This document shows positions 30,201 to 41,300 of a stretch of 64,000 bases of DNA, piece by piece. Numbering within the stretch: position 1 is the first letter of the stretch; each line of letters opens with the position of its first letter. The notes below the pieces were generated by a model, which did no database searches, was not told the origin of the DNA, and saw only the letters and a program-made list of their open reading frames with translations. The stretch is from Okamejei kenojei (lineage: Eukaryota), in contig CM069136.1 of assembly GCA_035221665.1 (NCBI GenBank), positions 20,460,001 through 20,524,000 of the forward strand, given 5' to 3'. Position numbers and translations under genes: made by a program.

Positions 30201-30943
30201 TCAGCATGGTCCTTTCAACTGGCTGAAAGGAAAGATGTCTGTGTTAGGTTGCAGCATCGAACTTAAACAATGATCTACATACCCCCACACCGCCACCACT
30301 CTACTTTATTTAATTTCAGGAAATAGGCATGTTTTTTTCAATTGTGTAAGCATTCTGCACGCCCTGACTTCATTAACCATTCCACTAGCATCTTCTTTAT
30401 CTTGCCAATCAACTCAGTCTCCCGATGAAGACGCAACTCCTGTATACCTGTAGTCGTGACAATCCCTCCAAGAGCACTTTGCATTTGTTCCATGTCTCTA
30501 TGTGTGTCATATCTGCATTGTTATTCATCATCATGTTGAAAAATTTGATCCTTAAAATTGATCAATGGATCTTGGGCAAAGCATGCACGGAGTAAATCGC
30601 AACCTCTGCATACCGATACTCATTTTGACTTACCTAGGTCAGAACATGCCCAGTTTTCACCAATCTATATTTACTATTTCACTGACTAGACACAAATATT
30701 ACAATATTCTGCATTGAACATAGATCCCATTGACCTCAATACACCTTCTCTGGGAATCATTTACTTGGTTTTTAAACTGAGACTACTTGGATGATTTGCT
30801 ACTTCAAGTCGCGGATGTGCTTGGGTAGGAGATATCTTTACCCATCCTAAATACTAATTCTCCCCTCTTAAAATTTACTCTTCAACACATTCCCCCAACA
30901 ATCCATTTTCCCAACCCCCACAAAACCCAACCTCATCACAAAC

Positions 30944-31443
30944 NNNNNNNNNNNNNNNNNNNNNNNNNNNNNNNNNNNNNNNNNNNNNNNNNNNNNNNNN
31001 NNNNNNNNNNNNNNNNNNNNNNNNNNNNNNNNNNNNNNNNNNNNNNNNNNNNNNNNNNNNNNNNNNNNNNNNNNNNNNNNNNNNNNNNNNNNNNNNNNNN
31101 NNNNNNNNNNNNNNNNNNNNNNNNNNNNNNNNNNNNNNNNNNNNNNNNNNNNNNNNNNNNNNNNNNNNNNNNNNNNNNNNNNNNNNNNNNNNNNNNNNNN
31201 NNNNNNNNNNNNNNNNNNNNNNNNNNNNNNNNNNNNNNNNNNNNNNNNNNNNNNNNNNNNNNNNNNNNNNNNNNNNNNNNNNNNNNNNNNNNNNNNNNNN
31301 NNNNNNNNNNNNNNNNNNNNNNNNNNNNNNNNNNNNNNNNNNNNNNNNNNNNNNNNNNNNNNNNNNNNNNNNNNNNNNNNNNNNNNNNNNNNNNNNNNNN
31401 NNNNNNNNNNNNNNNNNNNNNNNNNNNNNNNNNNNNNNNNNNN
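30944..31443. other. Scaffold gap (500 N)
   Basis: Exactly 500 N with low-quality sequence on both sides, so the true distance and orientation between the two halves are unknown. Confidence 0.99.
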
Positions 31444-32044
31444 CCCCCCCATAAATCCTTTAATTATATATTGTATGTATTTAATTTATCGTATCTCACA
31501 TCCCCATTTATGATCCCCCCCCCCTTTTTAACGGGAGCTGGTGCCGGGGTGGGGGCGGGTGTGGGCGTTACTGGTTGGCTCCTCTACAGGGGCAGGTCCG
31601 CCTGCTGCCGGGTCTCTCTCACTGTTGCACTCTAACCGCTGCTTGTCCTCGAGTGACCAGGGGTCAGCCCGGCTCCGAGGAGTGGAGCGGCCGAATGACG
31701 AGGCGGCGGCTGCAGCCTGTCCGAGAGCAGCTGAGAAAAGTCTGTTCTTGTTTTTCTTTGGTTTGATTTGTTATTTTGTTTTGGGGCCTCCGTCCGCACA
31801 GATTTATTTCCTCACGGGGTCTCCACGGACAGTTAATGTGAAAGTCACAGCTCATGAGCTAATACTTCCTGCCAAAGGTTTATTGGAGGAGAGAGATCTG
31901 GCAGGAACTCGGTAACTCCATCAAACTGCGAACAATTCTCCAGACAGCGAGAAACACTCGCTCCGATCCCGTCTAATCCGTGCCGTGCAGGGTAATCCGG
32001 CTGTCTGGCGCTGTCTCGCCCGCTCCAGCCCCCCCCTCAGGACT

Positions 32045-32430
32045 GAACTGCCGGGGCTATGGGTATGAACCAGACCGGGTTATGGGACTGATCCGACCGG
32101 CTATGGGTAACTGAACCAGGCGACGGGCTTTGGTCTGAACCAGGCCGGGCTATGGGACTGATCCAGACCGGGCTATGGGTCTGAACCAGGCCGGGCTATG
32201 GGTCTGATCCAGACCGGGCTATAGGTCTGAACCAGGCCGGGCTATGGGACTGATCTAGACCGGGCTATGGGTCTGATCCAGACCGGGCTATGGGTCTGAA
32301 CCAGGCCGGGCTATGGGACTGATCTAGACCGGGCTATGGTGACTGATTTGTAAGGGCTGTGGGTCTGGAACCAGGCAGGGCTGTGGGTTATCTGAACCAG
32401 GCCGGGCTATGGGACTGTTCCCGGCCGGGT
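32045..32430. repeat. 23-bp minisatellite (CCGGGCTATGGGTCTGAACCAGG)n
   Basis: Direct reading of tandem copies with GAACCAGG/GATCCAGA variants. Confidence 0.9.
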
Positions 32431-32559
32431 TATAGAGGCAGCTGTGACAGGTATATCGCCGGACTCTTTCTCACACCCACCCACCCACCCACCTGTCTTC
32501 TGCCTGTCCCCGTCACCCAGGCATACTCCCCCACAGCTGGAGTAAAACTCAGCCGGATC

Positions 32560-32690
32560 AGTCCGAAGAAGGATCTCGACCAAGAAACGTCACCCATTCC
32601 TTCTCTCCACAGATGCTCATCATCGTGTGTCTATTCTACCTTCTGTGTGAACCAGCTCTGCCGTTCCCTCCTAACATCATGTTACCCGGA
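32560..32690 (+). mobile_element. Short Penelope-like terminal repeat fragment
   Basis: gtccgaagaaggatctcgaccaagaaacgtcacccattccttctctccacagatgct is homologous to the copies at 38526-38615 (-), ~39370 (-) and ~60650 (+). The family assignment is from recall, not a search. Confidence 0.5.
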
Positions 32691-32734
32691 GCTCTGCTGT
32701 GCAGGCTAGACGGCACTCAAAGTCCCGTGTGCGC

Positions 32735-33175
32735 GGGGAGGGGGTGAAGTGAGGGGGGGGGGGGGGGGGGGGGGTAGAGGGTGCAGGTAAGGAGGGGGGA
32801 GTGTGGGTGGGAGGGAGGGGGGTGGGGATAGGGGTTGCAACGTGAGGGGGTGTAGAGGGGTGCAGGTATTAGGATGGGGGGAGTGTGGGTGAGGAGGGGA
32901 GGGGGTGCGGGAAAGAGGAAGTGGGAGTGCAAGTGAGGAGGGGGGGTAGAGGGGTGAGGGTAATGAGGGGGGGGGTAAGAGGGGTGCAGTAAGGAGGGGG
33001 GGTAGAGGGTGCAGTTAAGAAGGGGGGGTGTGGGTTGAGGAGGGGAGGGAGTTGGGGGAAGAGGGGTGCAAGTGAGGAGGGGGGGTGGTAGTGGGGTGCA
33101 GGTAAGAGTAGGGGGGTTGGGTAGAGGGGTGCAGTAAGGATGGGGGGAGTGTGGCGTGAGGAGGAGGAGGGGATG
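32735..33175. repeat. G-rich low-complexity tract / degenerate minisatellite (GTAGAGGGGTGCAGGTAAGGAGGGG-like)
   Basis: Poly-G runs with a recurring motif. Confidence 0.85.
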
Positions 33176-33389
33176 AGGCATCCCGGGGCTCCGAGAAACA
33201 TATTCTCGGGGGATCTACCCAAAGAAGCTAAGGCGGTTATAAACATGGAATGGCTGCTCACTTCTGATGGACTGGATCATCAGGCTGAACAGTCCACAGG
33301 GTTTTAAATGAACAGATGTGGGAGAATGCAGGTTCTTGTACAATAACAGCGGGGGTTAGGGTTTTATTTATAGGGAGATTTCAACTTAC

Positions 33390-33630
33390 GGCTGTGCAGC
33401 GGTTTTAGAGTTGCGCCTCTCTAGCGCCAGAGGACCGGCTACGGGCGCTGTTGTTCGGGTTTCATGGTTCTCGCCGTGACCGCGTGGGTTTTTTTACTGT
33501 GCTCCGGTTTTTCTTCTACACTACCAAAAATATTACTGGGTTGTAAAATTAAGTGGCCTTCTGTAAATTGGCCCCGAGTGTGTGGTTCAAGCGGAAAGGG
33601 TCTGTTTTCAGGCTTGTATAGCTAAAACTA
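33390..33630 (+). mobile_element. Degraded HE1/V-SINE-like tRNA-derived SINE
   Basis: gcagcggt..agagttgc..gccagag..ccgtgaccgcgtgggtttt..gctccggttt resembles the better copy at 37122. Confidence 0.5.
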
Positions 33631-33659
33631 AACTAAACTAGACTTCCCTCATACTGACA

Positions 33660-34790
33660 GATCTCTCTTAGTGTAAAGGTTTGGACGGAATGAAATGTGT
33701 TAAATGTGTTCAAGAAAACTTCCGTAATCAATATAGTCCCCACAAGAGAGGGGCCAACACTGGGCCGCCTCTTGAGGGAGGCGGGTGGGCAGTGACTGAG
33801 GACGCACTTTCACCACTGACAATAATGCTCCTGGTTCTAAAGTAGTTATGGAGAAGGATAGAACTGGCCCACAAGAACCGGGGGACATAGGTTCAAGGTG
33901 AAGGGGAAAAGATTCAATAGGAGTCTGAGGGGCAACTCGGCTCGGGTCATGAAAAAGGAGGCAGACGTCAGATGTCGGCAGATCATTGTTCGAGTGATCC
34001 CTCCGTGGGGAAGTAGTGCTGGAGGGCGCAAGGGCAGTCAGGGGGGGTTGGAAGAGGACAAGGAATGGAGCTGGAGGACAAAGCAAAGGAACATCCCAGG
34101 CAACTGATCAGATACATTAAGAATAAAAGGGCGGCGAGGGAAACGAGAGGAGCCCTTAAAGACCAGCACGGTCATTCTTTGTGTAGAGGCCACTGGAGAT
34201 GGGGAGACCTTCCAAGAATTATTTTGCCATTGGTTTCTTTTAATGTGGAGAAGGGTGTCGGAAATTAAGCATTGCTGAGATGTCTTGGGTCAGATTATCA
34301 AATGCAACGAGGAAGCATTGGTGGTGTGCTGGCGGGGTTAATGTCCGGGGCATGGTGGAGTGCATCCTGACATGGGGGACTGCTTCGTTATCCAGGGGCG
34401 AGGGGCCAGGCGACTGGAGGGGGGTTTAATGATGATATCTTTTGTTAAGGGCAGCAAGGATAACTAGGAAACTACTGGCATCAGCGGTGGGAAAGTTGTT
34501 GGAGGTAATGTTAGGGACGGATGTCAGCGGCACGACCGATAGGGGATAGTCAGTCAGCACGAAACTTGCATGGGAAAACCATGTCCACAAATATGATAGA
34601 ACTTAGGATAGTACAGCACAGGAACTGGCCCTTCGGCCCACAATGTCCGTGCGAACATGTGCTGTGAAACCAACCCCTCTGCATGCGACATGATCCGTGT
34701 CCCTCCATTCCCTGCATATCTTGAGCCTGTCTAAAGCCGTTAAAAACACACTCTCGTACTGCCTCCAGGCCCGCCCCGGTAAGGTAGAAG
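33660..34790. mobile_element. Highly degraded CR1 LINE fragments
   Basis: Remnants such as gggacataggttcaaggtgaaggggaaaagattcaatagga, RYIKNKR and gtgggaaagttgttggag, plus a reverse 3' tail at ~34600-34780. Confidence 0.6.
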
Positions 34791-35339
34791 CCTGCAAAAT
34801 CCGATCAAAGATAGGTCCGAGGTGTAACAATGAGGGACTCGCCCACATGATGAGGGACCCGCAGAGGGACAGATTCTTGATTGAAGCGGGTGTCGGGGTT
34901 GTGGGCTGGGGCTGGGCAATGGTTTGGGAGGGCAGTGGATTAAGCATGATTGAAGGCGGTTGACTCGACGGGCCGAGTGGCTGGTTCTACTCTATACTTG
35001 TGAACGTGAACGTTTTGATCCACAATCTGCAACAAAGGTCAATCACCATCTTTTGTCAAATTCCCATCTCTCCACTTTCTATTATCCTGTAACTGCGTGC
35101 TGGGTTCTTTGCAATCTATCGCCATCTCCACAGTATCCACCCAACCTCTACTGTTCTCTATGTTCAGTAGTCGCCTCAGATACATAGAAGAGCACAGCAC
35201 TGGAACAGGCCCTTCGGCCCACAAAGTCCGTGCTGAATATGACGCCAAGTTAAACTAACCCCCTCTGCCTGCACATTGGAAATGAGTGTCTGACTGGTTC
35301 TGGTTCTGACTGTCGGCTCTGTCTCTGCTGCTCATAATT

Positions 35340-35960
35340 TTATTTCAAGAGGGCTTGTACACCAGAGGGATGTAACGCTGAGGCTCTATCAGGCGCTGGT
35401 CAGGCCACATTTGAAATATTGTGAACAATTTTGGGCCCCGTATCTGAGGAAGGATGTGCCGGCTCTGGAGAGGGTCCAGAGGAGGTTTACAAGAACGATC
35501 CCAGGAATGAGAGGGTTAACCTATGATGAGCGTTTGTCGGCGCTGGGCCTGTACTCGCTGGAGTTTAGAAGAACTGAGGGGGGACCTCATTGAAACGTAC
35601 GGGATAGTGAAAGGCCTGGACAGAGTGGATGTGGAGAGGATGTCTCCTCTAGTGGGAGAGTCTAGGACTAGAGGTCACAGCCTCTGAATTAAAAGGACTT
35701 CTTTTAGGAAGGAGATGCGGAGGAATTTGTTTAGACAGAGGGTGGTGAATCTGTGGAATTCTTTGCCACAGACGGCTGTGGAGGCCAAGTCAGTGGATAT
35801 ATTTAAGGCAGAGGTAGATAGATTCTTGATCAGTACGGGTGTCAGAGGTTATGGGGAGAAGCAGCAGAATGGGGTTAGGAGGGAGAGATAGATCAGCTTT
35901 GGAATGGTGGCGTAGACTTGATGGGCCGAATGGCCTCATTCTGCTCCTGTCACTTATGAT
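35340..35960 (+). mobile_element. CR1 (HER1-like) LINE 3' fragment
   Basis: YCEQFWAPYLRKDVPALERVQRRFTRTIPGM is the CR1 RT C-terminus, followed by the typical 3' UTR ending gggccgaatggcct. Confidence 0.9.
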
Positions 35961-35969
35961 CTTATGCTA

Positions 35970-36260
35970 TATTTTTATCGGGTCTCCCCTCAACCCCTAA
36001 CACTCGCGATAAAGCAATCCCGGTCCAGCCCCCCCCCCCCCCCCCCCCCCCCCCTGTAGTGAAAAAACCTCTAATCCCGGCATCGTTCTGGTAAACCTCC
36101 TCTGCACCGTCTACAAAGCCCCCACATCCTCCCTGTGACGGAGGCGACCAGAACTGCCCGCAATACTCCAGATGCGGCCCGACCCAAGTCCGATAAAGCT
36201 GCATGGTGACTTCCTGACTCTTGTCCTCAACGCCCCGACCGGTGAAGGCCAGCGTAACGT
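35970..36260 (-). mobile_element. CR1 LINE fragment
   Basis: QLYRTWVGPHLEYCGQFWSP motif; near-identical to 57705-57975. Confidence 0.85.
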
Positions 36261-36960
36261 GAGGGTGGGTGAGGGTGAGAGTGAATGAGGGTGGGTAAGG
36301 GTGTGAGTGGGTGAAGGTAAGGGTGGGTGAGGGTGAGAGTAGGTGAGGGTGAGGATGGGTGAGGGTGAGGCTGGGTGGGAGTGGGTGGCGCTGGGTGAGG
36401 GTAGGTGGTAGTAGGGGTGATGAGGGTGGGTGAGTGAGGGTTGGTGAAGGTGAGGAGTGTAGTGAAGGTGAGGTGGGAGGGTGTGGGTTGTGGGTGGGAT
36501 AAGGTGAGGGTGAGTGAGGGTGGGTGAGGGTGGGTGTAGCTGGGTATGGGTAGGGGTGGATAGGATGGTGAGAGGATGTGTGAGGGTGTGGAGTGGGTGA
36601 GGGGTGGGTGAGGGTGAGGGTGGGTGAAGGTGCGGGTGGGTGAAGTTGTAGGTGGGTGAGGGTGGAGGGGGGGTAAGGTTTAGGGTGAGGGTGGGTGAGG
36701 CTGTGTGAGGGTGTGGTTGTGGTGTGCGTGAAGGTGAGGGTGGTGGAGGGATGTGGGTGGGTGTGGGTGGGTGAAGGTGAGGGTGGGTGAAGGGGGTGAG
36801 GGTGGGTGAGGGTGTGGAGTGGGTGAGGGTGTGGTGTGGATGAGGGGGTGGGTGGGGAGGGTGGGAGGTGAGGTGGGTGGGGTGTGTGAGGGTGGGTGTA
36901 TGGGTGGGTGATGGCTGGTGAGGGTGTTGTGAGGGTGTGGTTGTGGTGAATGTGTGTGAT
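36260..36960. repeat. (GGGTGA/GGGT)n low-complexity repeat
   Basis: Direct reading. Confidence 0.9.
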
Positions 36961-37121
36961 TATTGTTTTGTGTTGATTTGTTGTTGTTTTGTTGTGTTGT
37001 GACAGGAGAGGTTGGGATGAGGGAGTGAGAGTTATAGGGAAAGGAAAGGTGTGTGGGGTCAGGAAGGGGAATGGGATGAGGGTCAAGAGTGTTTACTTTT
37101 TTCGATAGAGACGTTCTTGCA

Positions 37122-37325
37122 GCGGGCGACATGGTGGCGCAGCGGTGGAGTTGCTGCCTCATCGCTCAGGCGGCGCCAGAGACCTGCGACTGCAGGAGCT
37201 GTCTGTACGGAGTTTGTACATTCTCTCCATCACAACGTGGGTTTTCTCCAAGATCTTCTGTTTCCTCCGTCACTCCAAAGACGTGCAGGTGTGTAGGTTA
37301 ATTGGCTTGGTATAAATGTAAATTT
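37122..37325 (+). mobile_element. HE1/V-SINE-like tRNA-derived SINE
   Basis: A-box-like tggcgcagcggtgg head, then ctgtacggagtttgtacattctc...gtgggttttctcc...ctccaaagacgtgcagg...taggttaattggc. Confidence 0.75.
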
Positions 37326-37329
37326 GCAA

Positions 37330-37460
37330 GAAATCGCAGAGAGCTGTAGATGTAGCCCAGGCCGTCACACAGACCACACTCCCCACCATCGACTCCGTCT
37401 ACACTTCACGCTGCCTCGGGAAAGCAGCCGACATCATCAAAGACTTGTCCGTCCCACCCC
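37330..37460 (+). mobile_element. Rex1/Babar-like LINE fragment
   Basis: ctccccaccatcgactccgtctacacttcacgctgcctcgggaaagcagccgacatcatcaaagac, similar to the copy starting at 58190. Confidence 0.6.
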
Positions 37461-38224
37461 GGATGGGGGTGGCACTGATCGGGCGGGGAGGGGGGGGGGG
37501 GGGGGCTAGAGGGGAAGGGGCTGGAGTGGGGGTTGTGTCGTGGGAGAGGGTGGACACTGGTGGGTGGGGGGCGGTTGCCAGCGGGGGGGGGGGGGGGGGC
37601 ACATGGTGGGGGACCTGGCAGGTGGGGGTGGGGGAGGGGGGGGAAGGAGGGCATTGATCGGGGGGGGGGGGGGGGGGTGCATTGGACGAGGCACCCACTG
37701 CCCCTCTGATCCTCACCAACCCGATCAAAGGTCGGTGAGGATCAGTCTGGAGAGCGGAGCGTTTGGGTTGCAACAGACCGGCGCGTTGCTCCCGCTCCGC
37801 TCCGCTCGGCAGCTGCTCACATCCAGGATAAGAATCAGCGAAGGCTCGCTTTACACGAGACCCCATCCAGCTCAATCCACACCCGTGAACCCTGCCACAG
37901 CTCACGGGGAGAGCTGATGCGGGGGCTGCCTCGGTCAGGGCGGATCAGTAGAAACAGACTCGACCCCCTGTGTCCAATCCTGTCAATCGGTGCTGTTTGC
38001 ACGGAGTTTGCACGCTTATCCTGTGACCGCGGGGGTTAATTGGCTTTTGTAAATGGTCCCCAGTGTGTAGTGTTTGTGTATGACGGTCCCTGCCCTGGTT
38101 TGACTTCCAAAAATGCAACACCTCGCACGCATCGGCATTAAACTATTTGCCCACTTGCCCCCCCGCTGTGATTGTTTGATAACCAACTTCACTATGTATG
38201 ACAGACCCACCACTTTAACATTAT

Positions 38225-39365
38225 AGACAATGAACAATAGACAAAAGGTGCAGGAGTAGGCCATTCGGCCCTTCGAGCCAGCACCGCCATTCAATGTGAT
38301 CATGGCTGATCATCCCCAATCAGTACCCCGTTCCTGCCTTCTCCCCATATCCCCTGACTCAGCTATTTTTAAGAGCCCTATCTAGCTCTCTCTTGAAAGT
38401 ATCCAGAGAACCGGCCTCCTCCGCCCTCTGAGGCAGAGAACTCCACAGACTCACAACTCTCTGTGAGAAAAAGTTTCTCCTCGTCTCCGTTCTAAATGGC
38501 TTACTCCTTATTCTTAAACTGTGGTTACACAAAATGCTGGAGAAACTCAGCGGGTGCAGCAGCATCTAAGGAGCGAAGGAGATAGGCGACGTTTCGGGTC
38601 GAGACCCTTCTTCAGACTGTGGTCCCTGGTTCTGGACTCCCCCAACATTGGGAACATGTTTCCTGTCTCTAGCGTGTCCAAACCCTAAACAATCTTCTAT
38701 GTTTCAATAAGATCCCCTCTCATCCTTCTAAACTCCAGCCGCTCCATTCTCTCAGCATATGACAGTCCCGCCACCCCGGGAATTAACCTTGTAAACCTAC
38801 GCTGCACCCCCTCAATAGCAAGAATGTCCTTCCTCAATTTAGGGGACCAAAACTCCACACAATATTCCAGGTGTGGACTCACTAGGGCCCTATACAACTG
38901 CAGAAGGATCTCTTTGCTCCTATACTCAACTCATGTTATATAACACGCCATTCGCTTTCTTCACTGCCTGCTGTACCTGCATGCTTACTTTCATAGACTG
39001 ATGAACAAGGACCCCCAGATCCCGTTGTACTTCCCCTTTTCCCAACTTGACACCATTTAGATAGTAATCTGCCTTCCTATTTTTGCAAACAAAGTGGATA
39101 ACCTCACATTTATCCGCATTAAACTTCATCTGCCATGCATCTGCCCACTCCCCCAACCTGTCCAAGTCACCCTGCATTCTCATAGCATCCTCCTCACAGT
39201 TCACTACTGCCACCCAGCTTTGTGTCATCTGCAAATTTGCTCATGTTACTTTGAATCCTTTCATCCAAATCATTGATGTATATTGTAGCTGCGGTCCCAG
39301 CACCGAGCCTTGCGCTACCCCACTAGTGACTGCCTGCCATTCTGAAAGGGACCCGTTGATCCCTA
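38225..39365 (-). mobile_element. CR1 (HER1-like) LINE 3' ~1.1 kb with a nested 90-bp insertion
   Basis: QGDLDRLGEWADAWQMKFNADKCEVIHF, YRALVSPHLEYCVEFWSP and FSQRVVSLWSSLP motifs, with a 3' tail of caatag repeats. Confidence 0.92.
38526..38615 (-). mobile_element. Short Penelope-like end inserted in CR1, with 8-bp target-site duplication ACTGTGGT
   Basis: ACTGTGGT at 38518-38525 and 38616-38623 flanks a 90-bp insert whose minus strand starts CTGAAGAAGGGTCTCGACCCGAAACGTC. Confidence 0.7.
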
Positions 39366-39709
39366 TTCTCTTATGCTGGAGTAACTCAGAGGGTCAGGCA
39401 ACATCTGTGGAGAAAACATGGTTAGGTGTCGTTTCGTTGTGGAGATCCTTGTTCAGCGTTATTGCGGAGTTTTTCAGATTGAAGATGAGAACTGGGAAGA
39501 GAGAGATCCAGTAAGTTGAACGTTGGGGAGGGGGTGTCGAGGGTGGGGGGTGGGTGGGGGGGGGCTGGTGAGAGGGACAGAGGGGGGTGGGGGTGAGGAC
39601 AGAGGCATGGGTGGGGAGCGAGGTGGTGAGAGGCCACACGGGGATGGAGGGAGTGAATAGGCGATTATCCACTGTTTACCAGTGGGAGTAAGCCGACAGT
39701 GCGAGCAGT

Positions 39710-41170
39710 GGGTGTGGGCGGGGGTGTGAGGGCAGGCGTTGTGTGGGGAGGGGGAGGGGGGGGGGTGTGGGGGGGGGAGGGGGTATGGGTGTGTCTGTGG
39801 GTGGGGGGGGGTGTAAGTGTCGGGAGGGGGGTGTGGGTGTGTGGGGGAGTGTGAGTGGGGAGGGAGGGGTGGGGGTAATTGTGCAGGGTATTGTGTGTGT
39901 GTGGGGGGGGGGGGGTGGGGTGGGAGGGTATGTGTGGGGAGGTGGGGTGTGGGGGGTGTGGGTGGGGGAGGAGGGTGTGGGGGGAGGGAGTGCGGGGGGA
40001 CGGTGATGTGTGTGTGGGTGGGGGAGGGGTTTAGGAGAGGGGGATGTGCGGGCGATGGAGGGAGGGGTGTGTGTTTTTGGCTAGGGGGGGGGGAGGGGTG
40101 TGTGGGGAATGAGGGAGGGGTTTGTGTTTGTCGGGGGGGGAGGGGGGTGTGTGGGGAACAGGGGGGATGTGGGGGTGGGGTGTGGGGGTGTGGGGAAGGG
40201 AGGCGAGGGGTGTGGGGGGGGTGTGGGGGAGGTAGAGGGGGGTTGTGGGGCGATGGAGGAGGGGTGTGTGTGTGGGGGGGAGGGGGGGGGGGATGGTGGG
40301 GTGAGGGGTGTGGGGAGGGGGGTGGGGAGGGGGATGGACGGGAGGGGGAGGGGTGTGGGGATGGATGGGAGGGGTGTGTGTGTGGGGGAGAGGTAGGTGG
40401 GGATGGGGAGGGGTGTGGGGGTGTGTGTTGGGGATGGAGGGTTGTGGGGTAGGAGGGGGGTGTGGGAGGAGGGTGTGGGGGAGGGTGGGGTGTTGTGTGG
40501 GGGGGGTGTGGGGAGGGAGGGGGGATGTGGGGAGGGAGGGGTGTGGTGTGTGCGGGGGGGGCGGAGGGGGGGATGGGGGGAGGGTAGGGATGTAATGTGT
40601 GGGGAGGAGGGGGGTATGGGGAGGGTGAGGGGTGTGTGGGTGTGTGTGTGTGGGGGCGGTGTGGGGGGGTGGGTGTGTGGGGACGGGAGGGGTGTGTGGG
40701 GTGTGTGTGTGTGGGGGGTGGGTGTGTGTGGGACGGGTGGAGGTAGGGGGGTGTGTGTGTGTGGGGGTGAGTGTGGGGGTGGGAGGGGTGTGTGTGGGGG
40801 GTGTGTGTGGGGAGGGGGCATTGTGGGTGGGGTTGTGGGGTGTGGGGAGGGAGGGGGAGGGGTGTGGGGGGGGTGTGGGGAGGAGGGGGGTTTGGGGATG
40901 GATGAGGAGTGTGTGTGTGTGGGGGGAGGGGGATGGGAAGATAGAGGGGGTGTGTGGGGGGGGGGGGTGTGGGAGGGGGTGTGTGTGGGGAGGAGAGGGG
41001 GGTGTGGGGAATGGAGAGGGGTGTGTGGGTGTGTGTGTGTGTGGGGGGGGGTGGAGTGTGTGGGGTGAGTGGGGGGGGGTGTGTGTGGGGGAGGGAGGGG
41101 TGTGTGGGTGGGGGAGGGAGGGGGGGTGGGGTGGTTGTGGGGAGGGGAGGGGTGAGTGTGGGGGGGGAGG
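39710..41170. repeat. G/GT-rich low-complexity tract
   Basis: Nearly pure G/T/A runs (GTGTGGGGGA). Confidence 0.95.
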
Positions 41171-41294
41171 GGTCCTGTGAGCAGATGCTGTGACCAACGC
41201 CTTTACACGCTACAGTGTCGGACAGACACAGATCCGGCGACCCGTTAGCGCAGAAAGCGAAACATCAGGAAGCAGTTTTGTACAAATGTGTAGA

Positions 41295-41300
41295 TTTAAT
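41295..41300 (-). terminator. Candidate distal polyadenylation signal (ATTAAA) of dchs1
   Basis: Minus strand reads ATTAAA-tctacacatttgtaCAaaactgc followed by U/GU-rich ttcctgatgtttcgctttctg, with an AU-rich tatttatttttccatgttgtaatat element upstream. Confidence 0.5.

Larger units (their letters stand above)
1..30830. repeat. Tandem array of a ~1872-bp unit (~16.5 copies; runs off the left edge of the window)
   Basis: The same ORFs recur at 419, 2292, 4165, 6037, 7910, 9782, 11654, 13526, 15397, 17269, 20957 and 22827 (period 1870-1873). Copy 11 is ~55 bp shorter. Copies after ~24.7 kb accumulate indels and are heavily degraded after ~26.8 kb. Confidence 0.99.

Noticed and set aside
1-30830. 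Array as 5S rDNA, snRNA, tRNA or histone cluster, or integrated viral concatemer
   Set aside because: I recognised no 5S, U-snRNA or tRNA motifs, no histone ORF and no long helicase, Rep or capsid ORF in the unit.
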